This document shows positions 19,783 to 28,873 of a stretch of 64,000 bases of DNA, piece by piece (the stretch's first letter is position 1; each line of letters opens with the position of its first letter). The notes below the pieces were generated by a model that was not told the DNA's origin, made no database searches, and saw only the letters and a program-made list of their open reading frames with translations. The position numbers and the translations under genes were made by a program. The stretch is taken from the sequence record OR413575.1; one strand, given 5' to 3'.

Positions 19783-20631
19783 CTGTTTCGCTAACTTGGT
19801 ACAGGCCTGATCGAACGTGCGTTTATGTTCAGTGAATAAACTGAGCACTACACCGTAATACTCAACCGCCTGAGCTAAGTTATAACTGATCTTAGCCAGC
19901 TGATCGATGTTTTTACCGTTCATGCGGTACGACGTATTACTGTCAACAATATCTTCACTGATCTGTTGCAGTTGCTTACGGATATGAGCAATACGTTCAG
20001 TCACTAAATCTTGGTTACTGGAGTACAACTCTTCACTGAAGCGGTTGGTCAATGCAATAACGGATTGGAAATCAGTATTACGTTCAACCAACTTACCATA
20101 AGGGAGATCACCCTTACTGGATTTACCACTGACATTACCAGCAATAGTTTTAGTCAGTTGATCGAAATCAATCGCTTGGATATTGTAGCGACGAGCGATA
20201 GAATCCATTTTGTCCGGGGAAGTAATGATTTCCGCCAGGAACTTAGTCGACTGCCCCAGAGTACCGTCGTAGAAGTTAGTAGCGAATTTAATGCCGCCTT
20301 CCAAATCAGTCAGGAACTTCAACCATGTAGTGTTCAGGCCACCGATACACGGCAGGGACAGAGACATGAGATCGGCATAAGAGTTACGCTGGACAAACTG
20401 AGATGCTTTCTGCTGGACAGTAGACTGAGTACGGTCACGATGCAGGATAGTATCCAGCGCACCCAGGATGTCAGTGTTCTTAAAACCGTCTGCTACTTCA
20501 CGAATAAATCCGCTTAATTTAGTAACAGTACCAGCTAATGGTTTATGCACAGACAACGCCTCAGTAGAGATGACATTGTACATAAACTGCTGGGGTAGAC
20601 GATGCTGCGATAATACATTAGTAGGTTTCAT
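19780..20631 (-). CDS. Virion structural protein (phiKZ gp153-like, probable head protein)
   Basis: 283-aa helical ORF divergent from UvsX, with an early STE motif that is a possible protease site. Synteny with phiKZ-like phages. Confidence 0.68.
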   Translation of the reverse strand: MKPTNVLSQHRLPQQFMYNVISTEALSVHKPLAGTVTKLSGFIREVADGFKNTDILGALDTILHRDRTQSTVQQKASQFVQRNSYADLMSLSLPCIGGLNTTWLKFLTDLEGGIKFATNFYDGTLGQSTKFLAEIITSPDKMDSIARRYNIQAIDFDQLTKTIAGNVSGKSSKGDLPYGKLVERNTDFQSVIALTNRFSEELYSSNQDLVTERIAHIRKQLQQISEDIVDSNTSYRMNGKNIDQLAKISYNLAQAVEYYGVVLSLFTEHKRTFDQACTKLAKQ

Positions 20632-20726
20632 TTATACAATCCTCTTCAATATACATAAAATTAGAGGTATTGGTCACTTTACATGAGACACAATTACCCA
20701 TACCAGTTTTAGTAAGGAGTTAATAC

Positions 20727-22166
20727 ATGTTAATGCCTGGTAAATTCCTCAAACCAGAACACGAAGCAAAAGCGGCGACACCTCGTCCAAACTGCGGAAT
20801 TATGATCGATGGTCATAATGGCAACTATGTACCAGGTGTTGAGAATGGCGAAGAAGGCCATATGATCCTGAACGGTGGTGCTACAGCAACTACCGGTATT
20901 CTGGGTGGCCCTAACCAGTTTAAGTCTACTCTGGCTGACTGGTTGACTTTTGCTCCACTGGAACAGTATTACGATAACGCCACATCGTTAACGTTCGATG
21001 CGGAAGATTCAAAGGAATACGAACAGTTAGTTGTCCGTATGCCTTACCACAAACGTATTCAAGCCGACGGCGCGTTCGATAACGATCGCATCTGGCTGAC
21101 TAAACAATCGGTTATGTTCGCCGACCAATATTGGGATGAAGTGCGTAAGCCGTTCGGTGTGGCTAAGATGGCAGAGAAAAACTCTCTGTTACAGACACCT
21201 ATCCTGAACGGGAGTCGTGGGTTGATTGACATCATTCCCCCAACATTCGAACAACAGGACTCATTCTCCCGTATGAACTTCGGTGAGGTAGAGAAGAAGT
21301 ACCATGATGCGAAAGTCGACTCCAAAGACCGTAACATGGAGTTTACTCGCCCTGGTCTGATCAAGACACGTATTCTGGCAGAGATGCCTACCATCAACCC
21401 ACAACACGGTTTCTACACTGTAATGACCGCTCACTTAGGTGACGACATGCAGTTGGATGCTGGTTATGGGTCAATGCCTAAACGTGTACTGGCTAACCTC
21501 GAAGCTGGCAAAAAAATTAAAGGGTGTCCTGAACAGTTCCTTTACATGCCGAACAACATGTGGTTCTGCGCTAACCAGAAACCTCACTGGGATAAAGACA
21601 TGACGCCGATCTATGGTCGTAATGGCGAACCCGGTAAGAAAGGTAGCAAGGACGTTGTTACTGTTAACATCATGAACCTGCGCGGTAAGTCCGGTGCATC
21701 CGGTGCCCCGTTCCCAATGTTGATGTCCCAGTCCTTAGGTCTGTTACCTAACCTGTCGATGTTCAACTATCTGCGTGAAGATCAGAAGTACTTCGGTATG
21801 GCTGCCGGTAACAACACCACGATGGCGCTGGACTTCTGCCCGGATATCAAGATGACCCGTAACAAAGTATGGGAAACAGTTGATTCTGATTACCGGTTAC
21901 AGCGTGCATTAGAACTCACCGTTGGGCTGGCACAGATCCGTAACCAAATGGCTCATTTGGGTAACATTATCCATACGCCGCCTGAAGAGATCTTCAAGAA
22001 GTTAAAAGAACAGGGATACGATTGGGATGTCATTTTAGGCGAGACTCGCGGTAAGTGGCAGTTCACTTCGGTCAAATCTGATACCAAATATTTATCTGCC
22101 CTCGACCTGCTCCGGATGTACCAGGGTATCTGGATGCCGAGCTGGTTGGGTAAATCCCATAAATAA
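20727..22166 (+). CDS. uvsX: UvsX/RecA-like recombinase (phiKZ gp152-like)
   Basis: Variant Walker A GGPNQFKST, FDAED, and FEQQDSFS Walker-B-like segment; typical jumbo-phage length. AAGGAG RBS. Confidence 0.85.
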   Translation: MLMPGKFLKPEHEAKAATPRPNCGIMIDGHNGNYVPGVENGEEGHMILNGGATATTGILGGPNQFKSTLADWLTFAPLEQYYDNATSLTFDAEDSKEYEQLVVRMPYHKRIQADGAFDNDRIWLTKQSVMFADQYWDEVRKPFGVAKMAEKNSLLQTPILNGSRGLIDIIPPTFEQQDSFSRMNFGEVEKKYHDAKVDSKDRNMEFTRPGLIKTRILAEMPTINPQHGFYTVMTAHLGDDMQLDAGYGSMPKRVLANLEAGKKIKGCPEQFLYMPNNMWFCANQKPHWDKDMTPIYGRNGEPGKKGSKDVVTVNIMNLRGKSGASGAPFPMLMSQSLGLLPNLSMFNYLREDQKYFGMAAGNNTTMALDFCPDIKMTRNKVWETVDSDYRLQRALELTVGLAQIRNQMAHLGNIIHTPPEEIFKKLKEQGYDWDVILGETRGKWQFTSVKSDTKYLSALDLLRMYQGIWMPSWLGKSHK

Positions 22167-22179
22167 AGGATAGTTGTAA

Positions 22180-22467
22180 ATGGTCCGTAACGATGCTCGA
22201 TTTCATCTGGTAATGTTGATCTCCTCACATAGCCATCGTCAAGCCAACGCATTTGAAGCGTTGTTTAATCATGCAGATAAACAACGTTCAAGTGATCGTG
22301 CTGAGATGCAAGAGATCAATGAATTTTGGGGACGTGAACTACGTCCCTTTACTCGCGTTGGTTCTGATGTAGCTTATAACATCGAAACTGATCGTGGTGT
22401 AGATTTCTGGTTAAAGGAAATCGAAGATAAACTGATGCGTTATATCCTCAAAAACTGGAGGCCGTAA
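22180..22467 (+). CDS. Hypothetical protein
   Basis: 95-aa ORF with AAGGA RBS, in an operon. Confidence 0.7.
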   Translation: MVRNDARFHLVMLISSHSHRQANAFEALFNHADKQRSSDRAEMQEINEFWGRELRPFTRVGSDVAYNIETDRGVDFWLKEIEDKLMRYILKNWRP

Positions 22468-22470
22468 TCC

Positions 22471-22965
22471 ATGGCAATGAGTGGTCATGTCGTTACGGTA
22501 GTGGGGCCGGTAAATAACAGAAGTTATTTCCAGTTCGCTCGTAAGATGGATTCTATTCTTCATCGATTGGAGAAAGATGACATTACCATTCTATCTGGTA
22601 TTGAAGACGGTACGGACTATCTGACGATGGTCTACGCTTTACGGCGTGGACTTCGTCATGTCCAGTACGCTCCTGACAGATATGAAGGTGAAGCAGCGAT
22701 ATATCGTATGCATGAGCGAATGTTAAGAGAGTCCACACATACCGTAATATTTAAGTCTGGATTCAGTAAACATATATGGGCTGCTACTAAGGTAGCAAAG
22801 GAACTCCATATTCCTGCTCGAATCATCACATATCCGGAGAATACCCATGCCGAAGAATCGAAAGGCGGCTACCGACGTCTGCGTGAAATTGATGTCCGAT
22901 CTTTATCCAGGTACCGAAAACGCAGAGTTGACACGCCGATACCTCGATGGGATGTCAAACGCTGA
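22471..22965 (+). CDS. SLOG/YspA-like (DUF2493-type) protein
   Basis: Pattern VVTVVG..(R)..ITILSG.EDGTD....YA..RG....AP...AA..RM...ML.EST..VIF..G fits the SLOG fold. Its 3' end overlaps the next gene by 119 nt. Confidence 0.6.
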   Translation: MAMSGHVVTVVGPVNNRSYFQFARKMDSILHRLEKDDITILSGIEDGTDYLTMVYALRRGLRHVQYAPDRYEGEAAIYRMHERMLRESTHTVIFKSGFSKHIWAATKVAKELHIPARIITYPENTHAEESKGGYRRLREIDVRSLSRYRKRRVDTPIPRWDVKR

Positions 22966-23524
22966 GTTCGATGCTTACATCACTGAGCTACGCGAAAAAC
23001 GTTCTGTTGTCACTGCAACTGTTCCCAACTTCGATCCGAAGAAATTCGACGAAGAGCACTTCTTGAAATTTGGTAAGAAACACGGTGTTGAATTCTTCCA
23101 CCGTTTGAAAGTTACCGACCCGGATACGGGACGTGTATTTACAACCCCACATCGTTACATGGTTATCCGTGACCGTGTTAACCGTCTCCAACAGATGTTG
23201 GAAGATAAAACTTCATTCCCGATGGACAATAACCATGTGGATGAATTGTCTGGCCAGGTAACTAACGAGTCTAAAGGTGCTCGTTTGTCATTCCCTGAAA
23301 TTAACAACTTGAACGCAAAATGCTTCCGCGCATTCGTAGCTGAAACAATCGGTGTACGTGGCGGTAACCAGAAAGCATTGCGTTTATTCGAAGCTCAGTT
23401 ACGTTCTACAGGTACTGCGTCAGCGGCGATGGCATTAGATGCCAGTGATGGTGCGAAGGCAACACACACGCTTGCAGCATACCTGAGAGCTATGGGTTTC
23501 GGTACTACCCTGGATCGGAGATAA
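22847..23524 (+). CDS. Virion RNA polymerase beta subunit, C-terminal part (phiKZ gp149-like)
   Basis: RLQQMLEDK...SGQVTNESKGARLSFPE resembles the RpoB C-terminal KL.H.VDDK...GGQRFGEME region. GGAG RBS. Confidence 0.85.
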   Translation: MPKNRKAATDVCVKLMSDLYPGTENAELTRRYLDGMSNAEFDAYITELREKRSVVTATVPNFDPKKFDEEHFLKFGKKHGVEFFHRLKVTDPDTGRVFTTPHRYMVIRDRVNRLQQMLEDKTSFPMDNNHVDELSGQVTNESKGARLSFPEINNLNAKCFRAFVAETIGVRGGNQKALRLFEAQLRSTGTASAAMALDASDGAKATHTLAAYLRAMGFGTTLDRR

Positions 23525-23527
23525 TAA

Positions 23528-24040
23528 ATGTCTATCATTATTCAGTTCATTGAACGATCCATGGATTACGTGGAGCGTCAGCTTAAGTTATTAGAGGTAG
23601 CTACTGAAACTGCACAAGCGGCAGGGGAAGAAAAAGTAGTGGAGTTCGCACACGTGAGTCGTAGTGCTGACTTCTTATCCCGCTTTATGGAAGGTTCTTC
23701 CATTTACCAGTTGTTCACCAAGGAAGAGTTGAACAAGTTTGTGAATATGCAGTTGTCTGGAGGCACTTGGGATTTTGTTGTAGGATTGCAGCAATATACC
23801 TTTGCGCCGTTCACCATAAATGAAATCTTGGAGATCGCGGGTGGGTTGGCTTTTGCGATTGCGCCGAATAAGACTCTGAGTAATGTTCCTAAAGAACTGA
23901 TGCAAAGTCCTACTGGTTCGGAAGCTGTCGATAATACACCGGAAGATGTAGAATTGATTCTACACGCTAACCCTTGGTTAATGCCTCTGTGTGCATTGTC
24001 ACTGAGTCGCGATATCCCGATGTTTATGAATGAGGGTTAA
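23528..24040 (+). CDS. Hypothetical protein
   Basis: 170-aa ORF in an operon with the vRNAP fragment. Confidence 0.72.
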   Translation: MSIIIQFIERSMDYVERQLKLLEVATETAQAAGEEKVVEFAHVSRSADFLSRFMEGSSIYQLFTKEELNKFVNMQLSGGTWDFVVGLQQYTFAPFTINEILEIAGGLAFAIAPNKTLSNVPKELMQSPTGSEAVDNTPEDVELILHANPWLMPLCALSLSRDIPMFMNEG

Positions 24041-24042
24041 CA

Positions 24043-24861
24043 ATGGTTGATCAACCTGGATTACCAGGTGAAGAGGTCCATGTCCTGACATGGTTGGATG
24101 ATTTGTTCGATACACGAATCTCCACTATGTTTCGTTACGATATGGAAAAAGCTATTAAGCTGATTCCTCAGGGTTATGATATCCGCACCTGTGATAACTT
24201 TATTTGGGAAGGTCTTGGTGTTACTAAAGAAGCATGGTTGCACATGTGGAATAATCGTGACGATGAGATCTTAGTCAATTCGGTCCGTAGTGCTGTACCT
24301 GACTTTATTCGTGAACTGTTAGGTGAGCATATTCGCCAACCAGCACGACCTGGTAAACAGTCGCCCATTACAGTGACAATCAATATTTATCCTTATTACT
24401 TAACGGATGAAGTGAAGGACGGATTAGTTGAAGCATATCGTGAAATGATTCACCCTATGCTTGACGTACGTTTTATCCGTAAGTCGTATAAGGATCTGTC
24501 ACCGGCGTTTGTAATTGCTAAGTACACCATGGTGATTCACTACGATTACGACGTATGGTTGGCTGAGGCAGCACAAAGCCCAGAGCGGGCCAATATGACA
24601 ACATTGAATGTCATTGGCCCGCGTATCTGGAAAGATGCACCGTCGGCTGAAGAACAAGAGAAGTATAAAGAAGAGCTTGAGCACTTCGATATTCACATGT
24701 TGGCAGAAATGGCAACAGCTCTTGTATTCCAGTTGAACCTGGTCCCGGTGGATTTATGGGTAGCCTATAAGACTAACCATAGATTCAGTCAAGAAACAAA
24801 AGACATCTTGTTCCCTGATGCCGCTGGCCAAGCACCTGCTTCAATGCCGGAGAAGATTTAA
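24043..24861 (+). CDS. Conserved phiKZ-like hypothetical protein
   Basis: 272-aa ORF with a WLDDLFDTRIST motif that recurs in phiKZ-like phages. GAGG RBS. Confidence 0.72.
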   Translation: MVDQPGLPGEEVHVLTWLDDLFDTRISTMFRYDMEKAIKLIPQGYDIRTCDNFIWEGLGVTKEAWLHMWNNRDDEILVNSVRSAVPDFIRELLGEHIRQPARPGKQSPITVTINIYPYYLTDEVKDGLVEAYREMIHPMLDVRFIRKSYKDLSPAFVIAKYTMVIHYDYDVWLAEAAQSPERANMTTLNVIGPRIWKDAPSAEEQEKYKEELEHFDIHMLAEMATALVFQLNLVPVDLWVAYKTNHRFSQETKDILFPDAAGQAPASMPEKI

Positions 24862-25373
24862 TCATCATCTTCTCGTAGACCACCTGTTAACAGATCAGGG
24901 TTCTCTGCTTCTACTCGTTTGAAGAATTGATCAGGCGTTTCTTGAGCGTTCTCAGTAATGAGTTCGCCAGATACTACAGTAGGGGCAGGGAGCCAAGATC
25001 CTTCGAGAATCTCATTACGCGACAGAGCTTCGCTTGATGGAGTAATATCAATCTCCACGCGTTCGCCGGTATTACGTTTACGAGACATCTCTTCTAACAA
25101 AAGTGCAATCTGAGCATTAGATTTACTATCTTTCTTAGAGATTTGGATTCGTTGTTTAGCAATGGACTGGCGGTCAATTCCGTCAAGGAAGTTTGCGAAT
25201 ATACTTGCTGAATCTTTATCAGTAGGTACATCACCACCATTCTCAACCATTAACTTTTCAATGACCCTTTTACGCAACTGTTGAGTAAAGGATAAGTCGG
25301 GATCTTGTTCGTCCAACTTGGCCTTTCCGTCATCGGGTGCATCAGGAAGAGTCAGCTCTTCATCTTCTTCCAT
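24858..25373 (-). CDS. Acidic hypothetical protein
   Basis: 171-aa ORF with GAGG RBS; converges on and overlaps 24043..24861 by 4 nt. Confidence 0.7.
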   Translation of the reverse strand: MEEDEELTLPDAPDDGKAKLDEQDPDLSFTQQLRKRVIEKLMVENGGDVPTDKDSASIFANFLDGIDRQSIAKQRIQISKKDSKSNAQIALLLEEMSRKRNTGERVEIDITPSSEALSRNEILEGSWLPAPTVVSGELITENAQETPDQFFKRVEAENPDLLTGGLREDDD

Positions 25374-25416
25374 TTTTTTATTTCCTCATACTTCAATTTA
25401 AACTTACGTTTGAATA

Positions 25417-25436
25417 TATATTATTCAAGTGACATA
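25417..25436 (+). promoter_or_regulatory. Candidate early (vRNAP-type) promoter, degenerate
   Basis: TATATTATTCAAGTGACATA resembles the TAyATTACTATAGTGAATA motif seen at 49078, 55321, 63087 and 63742. Confidence 0.45.
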
Positions 25437-25459
25437 GGATTCATAATAAGGAGTTAGCA

Positions 25460-25966
25460 ATGTATTGTTTAGATTGGCTGACCGCCAAGGGAAGAGCGCG
25501 TCGAAGAGCTACTAAGTTAATTAATAGTAGTGATAAGTTTAACGTGGATATCCCTACGTTGATTATTTGTATCGAAGGATTGAGAGCAGTCTACCTCGAC
25601 CAGAAGTATCAGGATTCAGCACGTGACGTGTATATCCACATGAACTTCACGCCGGAGAAACTGTTAGCTTCTATAAATGAAAACATCAAGTTCATTTTGG
25701 AAGAAGAACATCCAGAACGTCGACGATATAGTCCGCCTACCAAGCGTTGTATGATTAAGTCTTGGTTTTGGTCTGACGATGATCAACTCATGGATTGGGA
25801 GGAACATATGACTGCGGTGTTAGATGCTGCTGAGAAATTTGTTCACTTGTTAAGGGATGACTACGAGATTTCTGGCAAAGCAGTGGCCGGTTATCGACTC
25901 GAACAAATGTACTATCAATTATGTGATGTTATCACATTGACAGAAGCATTTTATCGCAAACAGTGA
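25460..25966 (+). CDS. Hypothetical protein
   Basis: 168-aa ORF with AAGGAG RBS. Confidence 0.72.
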   Translation: MYCLDWLTAKGRARRRATKLINSSDKFNVDIPTLIICIEGLRAVYLDQKYQDSARDVYIHMNFTPEKLLASINENIKFILEEEHPERRRYSPPTKRCMIKSWFWSDDDQLMDWEEHMTAVLDAAEKFVHLLRDDYEISGKAVAGYRLEQMYYQLCDVITLTEAFYRKQ

Positions 25967-25977
25967 GCCCTTAACTT

Positions 25978-26733
25978 ATGCGTCAAATACCATTACGATT
26001 AAGACATCTTATCAAGCCCAAACCCGCTGGGGAGCCGGAGAGGGAATTTGGTAATATCAATCTTTTAGCTTTATTGTTTCGTGAAACAAAACATCAGCTA
26101 TTTCTTACTTCGGCGAAGATGGCCGGTTTGATGATTGTTTATCTGAAAGATCCACGTAGTCAGATCAAACAAACTTCCAAAGCTCGTAGTTCTGAACAAT
26201 CTAATTTAAAGCGTGGATTGTCTACTCCGGGTATGACCGTTAAGAACTTTACTAAGGGACTTCGCGTTATTCGTCCTTTACATGTAAAGTTTAGCTTAAC
26301 TCTGGAATTCAGAGATGGTCGTGTGGAAGACTTCGTCGTAGAATACAGTCAAGACAAGTTGTTCTCTGTGTTCAGTAACAAAGATGGCTGTACCAACTAT
26401 AACTTCCTGCGGTTGTTATGGGACCAAGTTTTTGAGCGTCTTGGATTTAAAGAGGATACATGGAAGAAAGCGGTAGGTGATTATTTAGATGATCCTGCCA
26501 ACGGTTATGATGATAAGAAGAATGTTCGTAGTTCAGAGCGCTCTAACTTACGTCGTGGATTAGCATGTCCTAACATGACAATTGAGAACTTCACTAAAGC
26601 TCTCCGAGTAATCAACCCGACTATGGCTACGCTGGGTATGGATTTGAAACATGAATCCGGAAAATGGACACATCACTCAGCTAAACTGCGCGGTAGTTCA
26701 TTAGCGTCGTCACCATTCGAAAAGGAAGGTTAA
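25978..26733 (+). CDS. Hypothetical protein made of two tandem homologous, HTH-like domains
   Basis: Internal repeat RSSEQSNLKRGLSTPGMTVKNFTKGLRVIRP versus RSSERSNLRRGLACPNMTIENFTKALRVINP. Confidence 0.75.
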   Translation: MRQIPLRLRHLIKPKPAGEPEREFGNINLLALLFRETKHQLFLTSAKMAGLMIVYLKDPRSQIKQTSKARSSEQSNLKRGLSTPGMTVKNFTKGLRVIRPLHVKFSLTLEFRDGRVEDFVVEYSQDKLFSVFSNKDGCTNYNFLRLLWDQVFERLGFKEDTWKKAVGDYLDDPANGYDDKKNVRSSERSNLRRGLACPNMTIENFTKALRVINPTMATLGMDLKHESGKWTHHSAKLRGSSLASSPFEKEG

Positions 26734-26734
26734 G

Positions 26735-27841
26735 ATGGCAAATACGCCAGAGAAGCCCAACCTGGCATCAATACGTGAACAAGCAACCGGCGCTATGGAT
26801 AGTGCCAAACGCTTAGGCCAGGAAGCTACAGCCAAGGCAAGTAGTTCAGTCAGTATTGTGTCAACGTCTGCTAAAGAAGCATTACAAGCCGTTGATGGAT
26901 TTGGTAAAGACGTAAAGGATGTCCTAACCGAATCCCGTAATACCGTTGCAGGCAAGATTGCAGAAGCTAAGTCATGGTTGACTAATACTGATATCGCTGG
27001 GTTAGGTAGTCTCAACGATATGCTGAAGACAGCAGCAGACCTAAAGAAAGAAGCTGAAGATCTACAGAAACAGATTAACGATACCGTCAGTAGCGGTATT
27101 GGTACTGTGCGTGGCTTGACAGATGAAGTCTTAGGTCCAGCTGAGGCAGCGCTACAATCATTACGTGAACTCCCGCTAGATCGTATTACAGATGGCCAAT
27201 ACTGGATGGATATGGCTATCGGTACCAATGCATCGGACTTAAATAACTTGGGTAACTTAACAACTAAGTTATTAGGGGATGTAGACGGTATTAAACAAGG
27301 ATGGAAAGATCAGTGGGGTAGATTAGCATTAGGTATAGGTATCGCTGACAATGCTATTACTTTAGGTGACTCTACTATACTCAACGCCATTATGGATGAG
27401 TATGGAACTCAAGCAGCAATGCGCGAGCCTGTCATCGAAAGATTCCCTGATGCAGTTAGTCAGGGGAACACCGCATTAGTCAAAGTCATGATCGATCAAT
27501 TAGGTGCTGATTATATTCTGGTTAAATATCCAGATGCTATTCAGATCATTCTTAGTACGTACCGAGTACCCATCGGTTCTACTACTAATGATGAACCCGT
27601 ACTTGGTCAAGAACTTATCTCTATTCTGAAATCAATTGATCCGGCATGGGACAAACCTAAAACCGTGCGGAATGCAGCGCATAATTTGAAGGTGTTCTCA
27701 AATGCCTCTGTTGACACGCAGCGGTGTTTAGTACATGTAGATGGAATAGGTTACCTTTTACGTGTTTCATTGAACTACAGCGCATCTGACGTCCTGCAAA
27801 CAGCACGTGTGCAGTATCCAATGGCTGGCTTTAGCATGTAA
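26735..27841 (+). CDS. Probable virion structural protein
   Basis: 368-aa ORF with a helical Ala-rich N-half; ends at a strong terminator. Confidence 0.68.
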   Translation: MANTPEKPNLASIREQATGAMDSAKRLGQEATAKASSSVSIVSTSAKEALQAVDGFGKDVKDVLTESRNTVAGKIAEAKSWLTNTDIAGLGSLNDMLKTAADLKKEAEDLQKQINDTVSSGIGTVRGLTDEVLGPAEAALQSLRELPLDRITDGQYWMDMAIGTNASDLNNLGNLTTKLLGDVDGIKQGWKDQWGRLALGIGIADNAITLGDSTILNAIMDEYGTQAAMREPVIERFPDAVSQGNTALVKVMIDQLGADYILVKYPDAIQIILSTYRVPIGSTTNDEPVLGQELISILKSIDPAWDKPKTVRNAAHNLKVFSNASVDTQRCLVHVDGIGYLLRVSLNYSASDVLQTARVQYPMAGFSM

Positions 27842-27844
27842 CTC

Positions 27845-27868
27845 TAGAGTTCCCTTCGGGGAACTCTA
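27845..27868 (+). terminator. Hairpin terminator (UUCG loop)
   Basis: TAGAGTTCCC-TTCG-GGGAACTCTA, a perfect 10-bp stem. Confidence 0.7.
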
Positions 27869-27889
27869 ATTATGCTCTCGGAGAATGTA

Positions 27890-28045
27890 ATGGCTGTTAC
27901 GTTATATCCTTGCCCAATAAAAGGCGACTTAGTTACCTTGGCACTGTTAGCTCGTAGACTAGGCGTAAAGAAACGTGATATCCGTCCCTTGATAGATAAG
28001 GGGATAGATACCAAAACCATCGCAACCTTGATTAAGGTACGATGA
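27890..28045 (+). CDS. 51-aa basic HTH-like micro-protein (not in the ORF track)
   Basis: ATG at 27890 with GGAG RBS. MAVTLYPCPIKGDLVTLALLARRLGVKKRDIRPLIDKGIDTKTIATLIKVR, TGA at 28043-28045. Lies between two terminators. Confidence 0.65.
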   Translation: MAVTLYPCPIKGDLVTLALLARRLGVKKRDIRPLIDKGIDTKTIATLIKVR

Positions 28046-28094
28046 CAGCACAAAAGCCACCCCGAAGGGTGGCTTCTTTTTTTTTTGCTTGAAT
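28046..28094. terminator. Bidirectional terminator: U-tract on +, TGTGCTGTCA tail on -
   Basis: CAGCACAA-AAGCCACCC-CGAA-GGGTGGCTT-C-T10-GCTTGAAT. Confidence 0.8.
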
Positions 28095-28867
28095 TACCAG
28101 AGTTCCAATACAGAACCAGAACGACTGATGATTCGCCCAGTACGGTGCAGTGCTTCAACGGTAGATTCCAGACTAATAGCAGTGGACTCTAAACCGATGC
28201 CGTGATGACGGCGGGCTTCTGCGGAAATCAATTCGATAAGTGCAGGAGTAACCGGAACTGATTCAGCAACGAAGATATCTGCTGATTCACACGACGGAGC
28301 GTTGAACTTGTTCGCCGGTGCTAACCCTGGTTCATTGACTTCATCCCAGGTAATTATGCTATCAAAGAACTTACGCTTAACCCCGCCAACGATACGATCG
28401 TTGGTAAGAGAACGTACAGACCACGCAGCATTCTCATGCGGGTTATTCAACTTACGTTCAAGCTGACCAGCATGAGGACCAGAAGGAGCAACTTCGCCGA
28501 GGATAGCAATAATCTTTTTACCATCAGGACCAGTGTAGTTAGGTTCAATCCAGACGCGGCGAATGTGGCAAGATACATTACGTTCATCGATCGTATGGAT
28601 ACGACGAACGAAGTCATTGTAGTCACGACATTCACGCTCTACCGGGTGACCAAGCTCACCACGCAGGAAACCCTGGTGCATTCGGCGGTTAAAGATTTGT
28701 GATTTTTCGATGATTGCGATAGCTGACTGTAAGTCATATACCGCGCCTACCGAGTTTGGGTATTCTAACGCACCCAAAACAACCTGACAGTAGTTGTTAT
28801 CGATGCGTTTAATGTTGCCCTGTCCATTGAACCCACGTTGGACAGTGATTTCAAAATTATTGCGCAT
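28094..28867 (-). CDS. Prohead protease (phiKZ gp175 / T4 gp21-like)
   Basis: GELGHP (catalytic His) and AWSVRSL (catalytic Ser) motifs; C-terminal GLES/SLES candidate autocleavage sites; synteny. Confidence 0.88.
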   Translation of the reverse strand: MRNNFEITVQRGFNGQGNIKRIDNNYCQVVLGALEYPNSVGAVYDLQSAIAIIEKSQIFNRRMHQGFLRGELGHPVERECRDYNDFVRRIHTIDERNVSCHIRRVWIEPNYTGPDGKKIIAILGEVAPSGPHAGQLERKLNNPHENAAWSVRSLTNDRIVGGVKRKFFDSIITWDEVNEPGLAPANKFNAPSCESADIFVAESVPVTPALIELISAEARRHHGIGLESTAISLESTVEALHRTGRIISRSGSVLELW

Positions 28868-28873
28868 TGTATC

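Noticed and set aside
26710-27228. 172-aa minus-strand ORF
   Set aside because: Shadow of 26735..27841; Ser/Ala-rich mirror composition.
27844-28158. 104-aa minus-strand ORF
   Set aside because: Crosses two terminators and overlaps the protease; the plus-strand 51-aa ORF with an RBS explains the region better.
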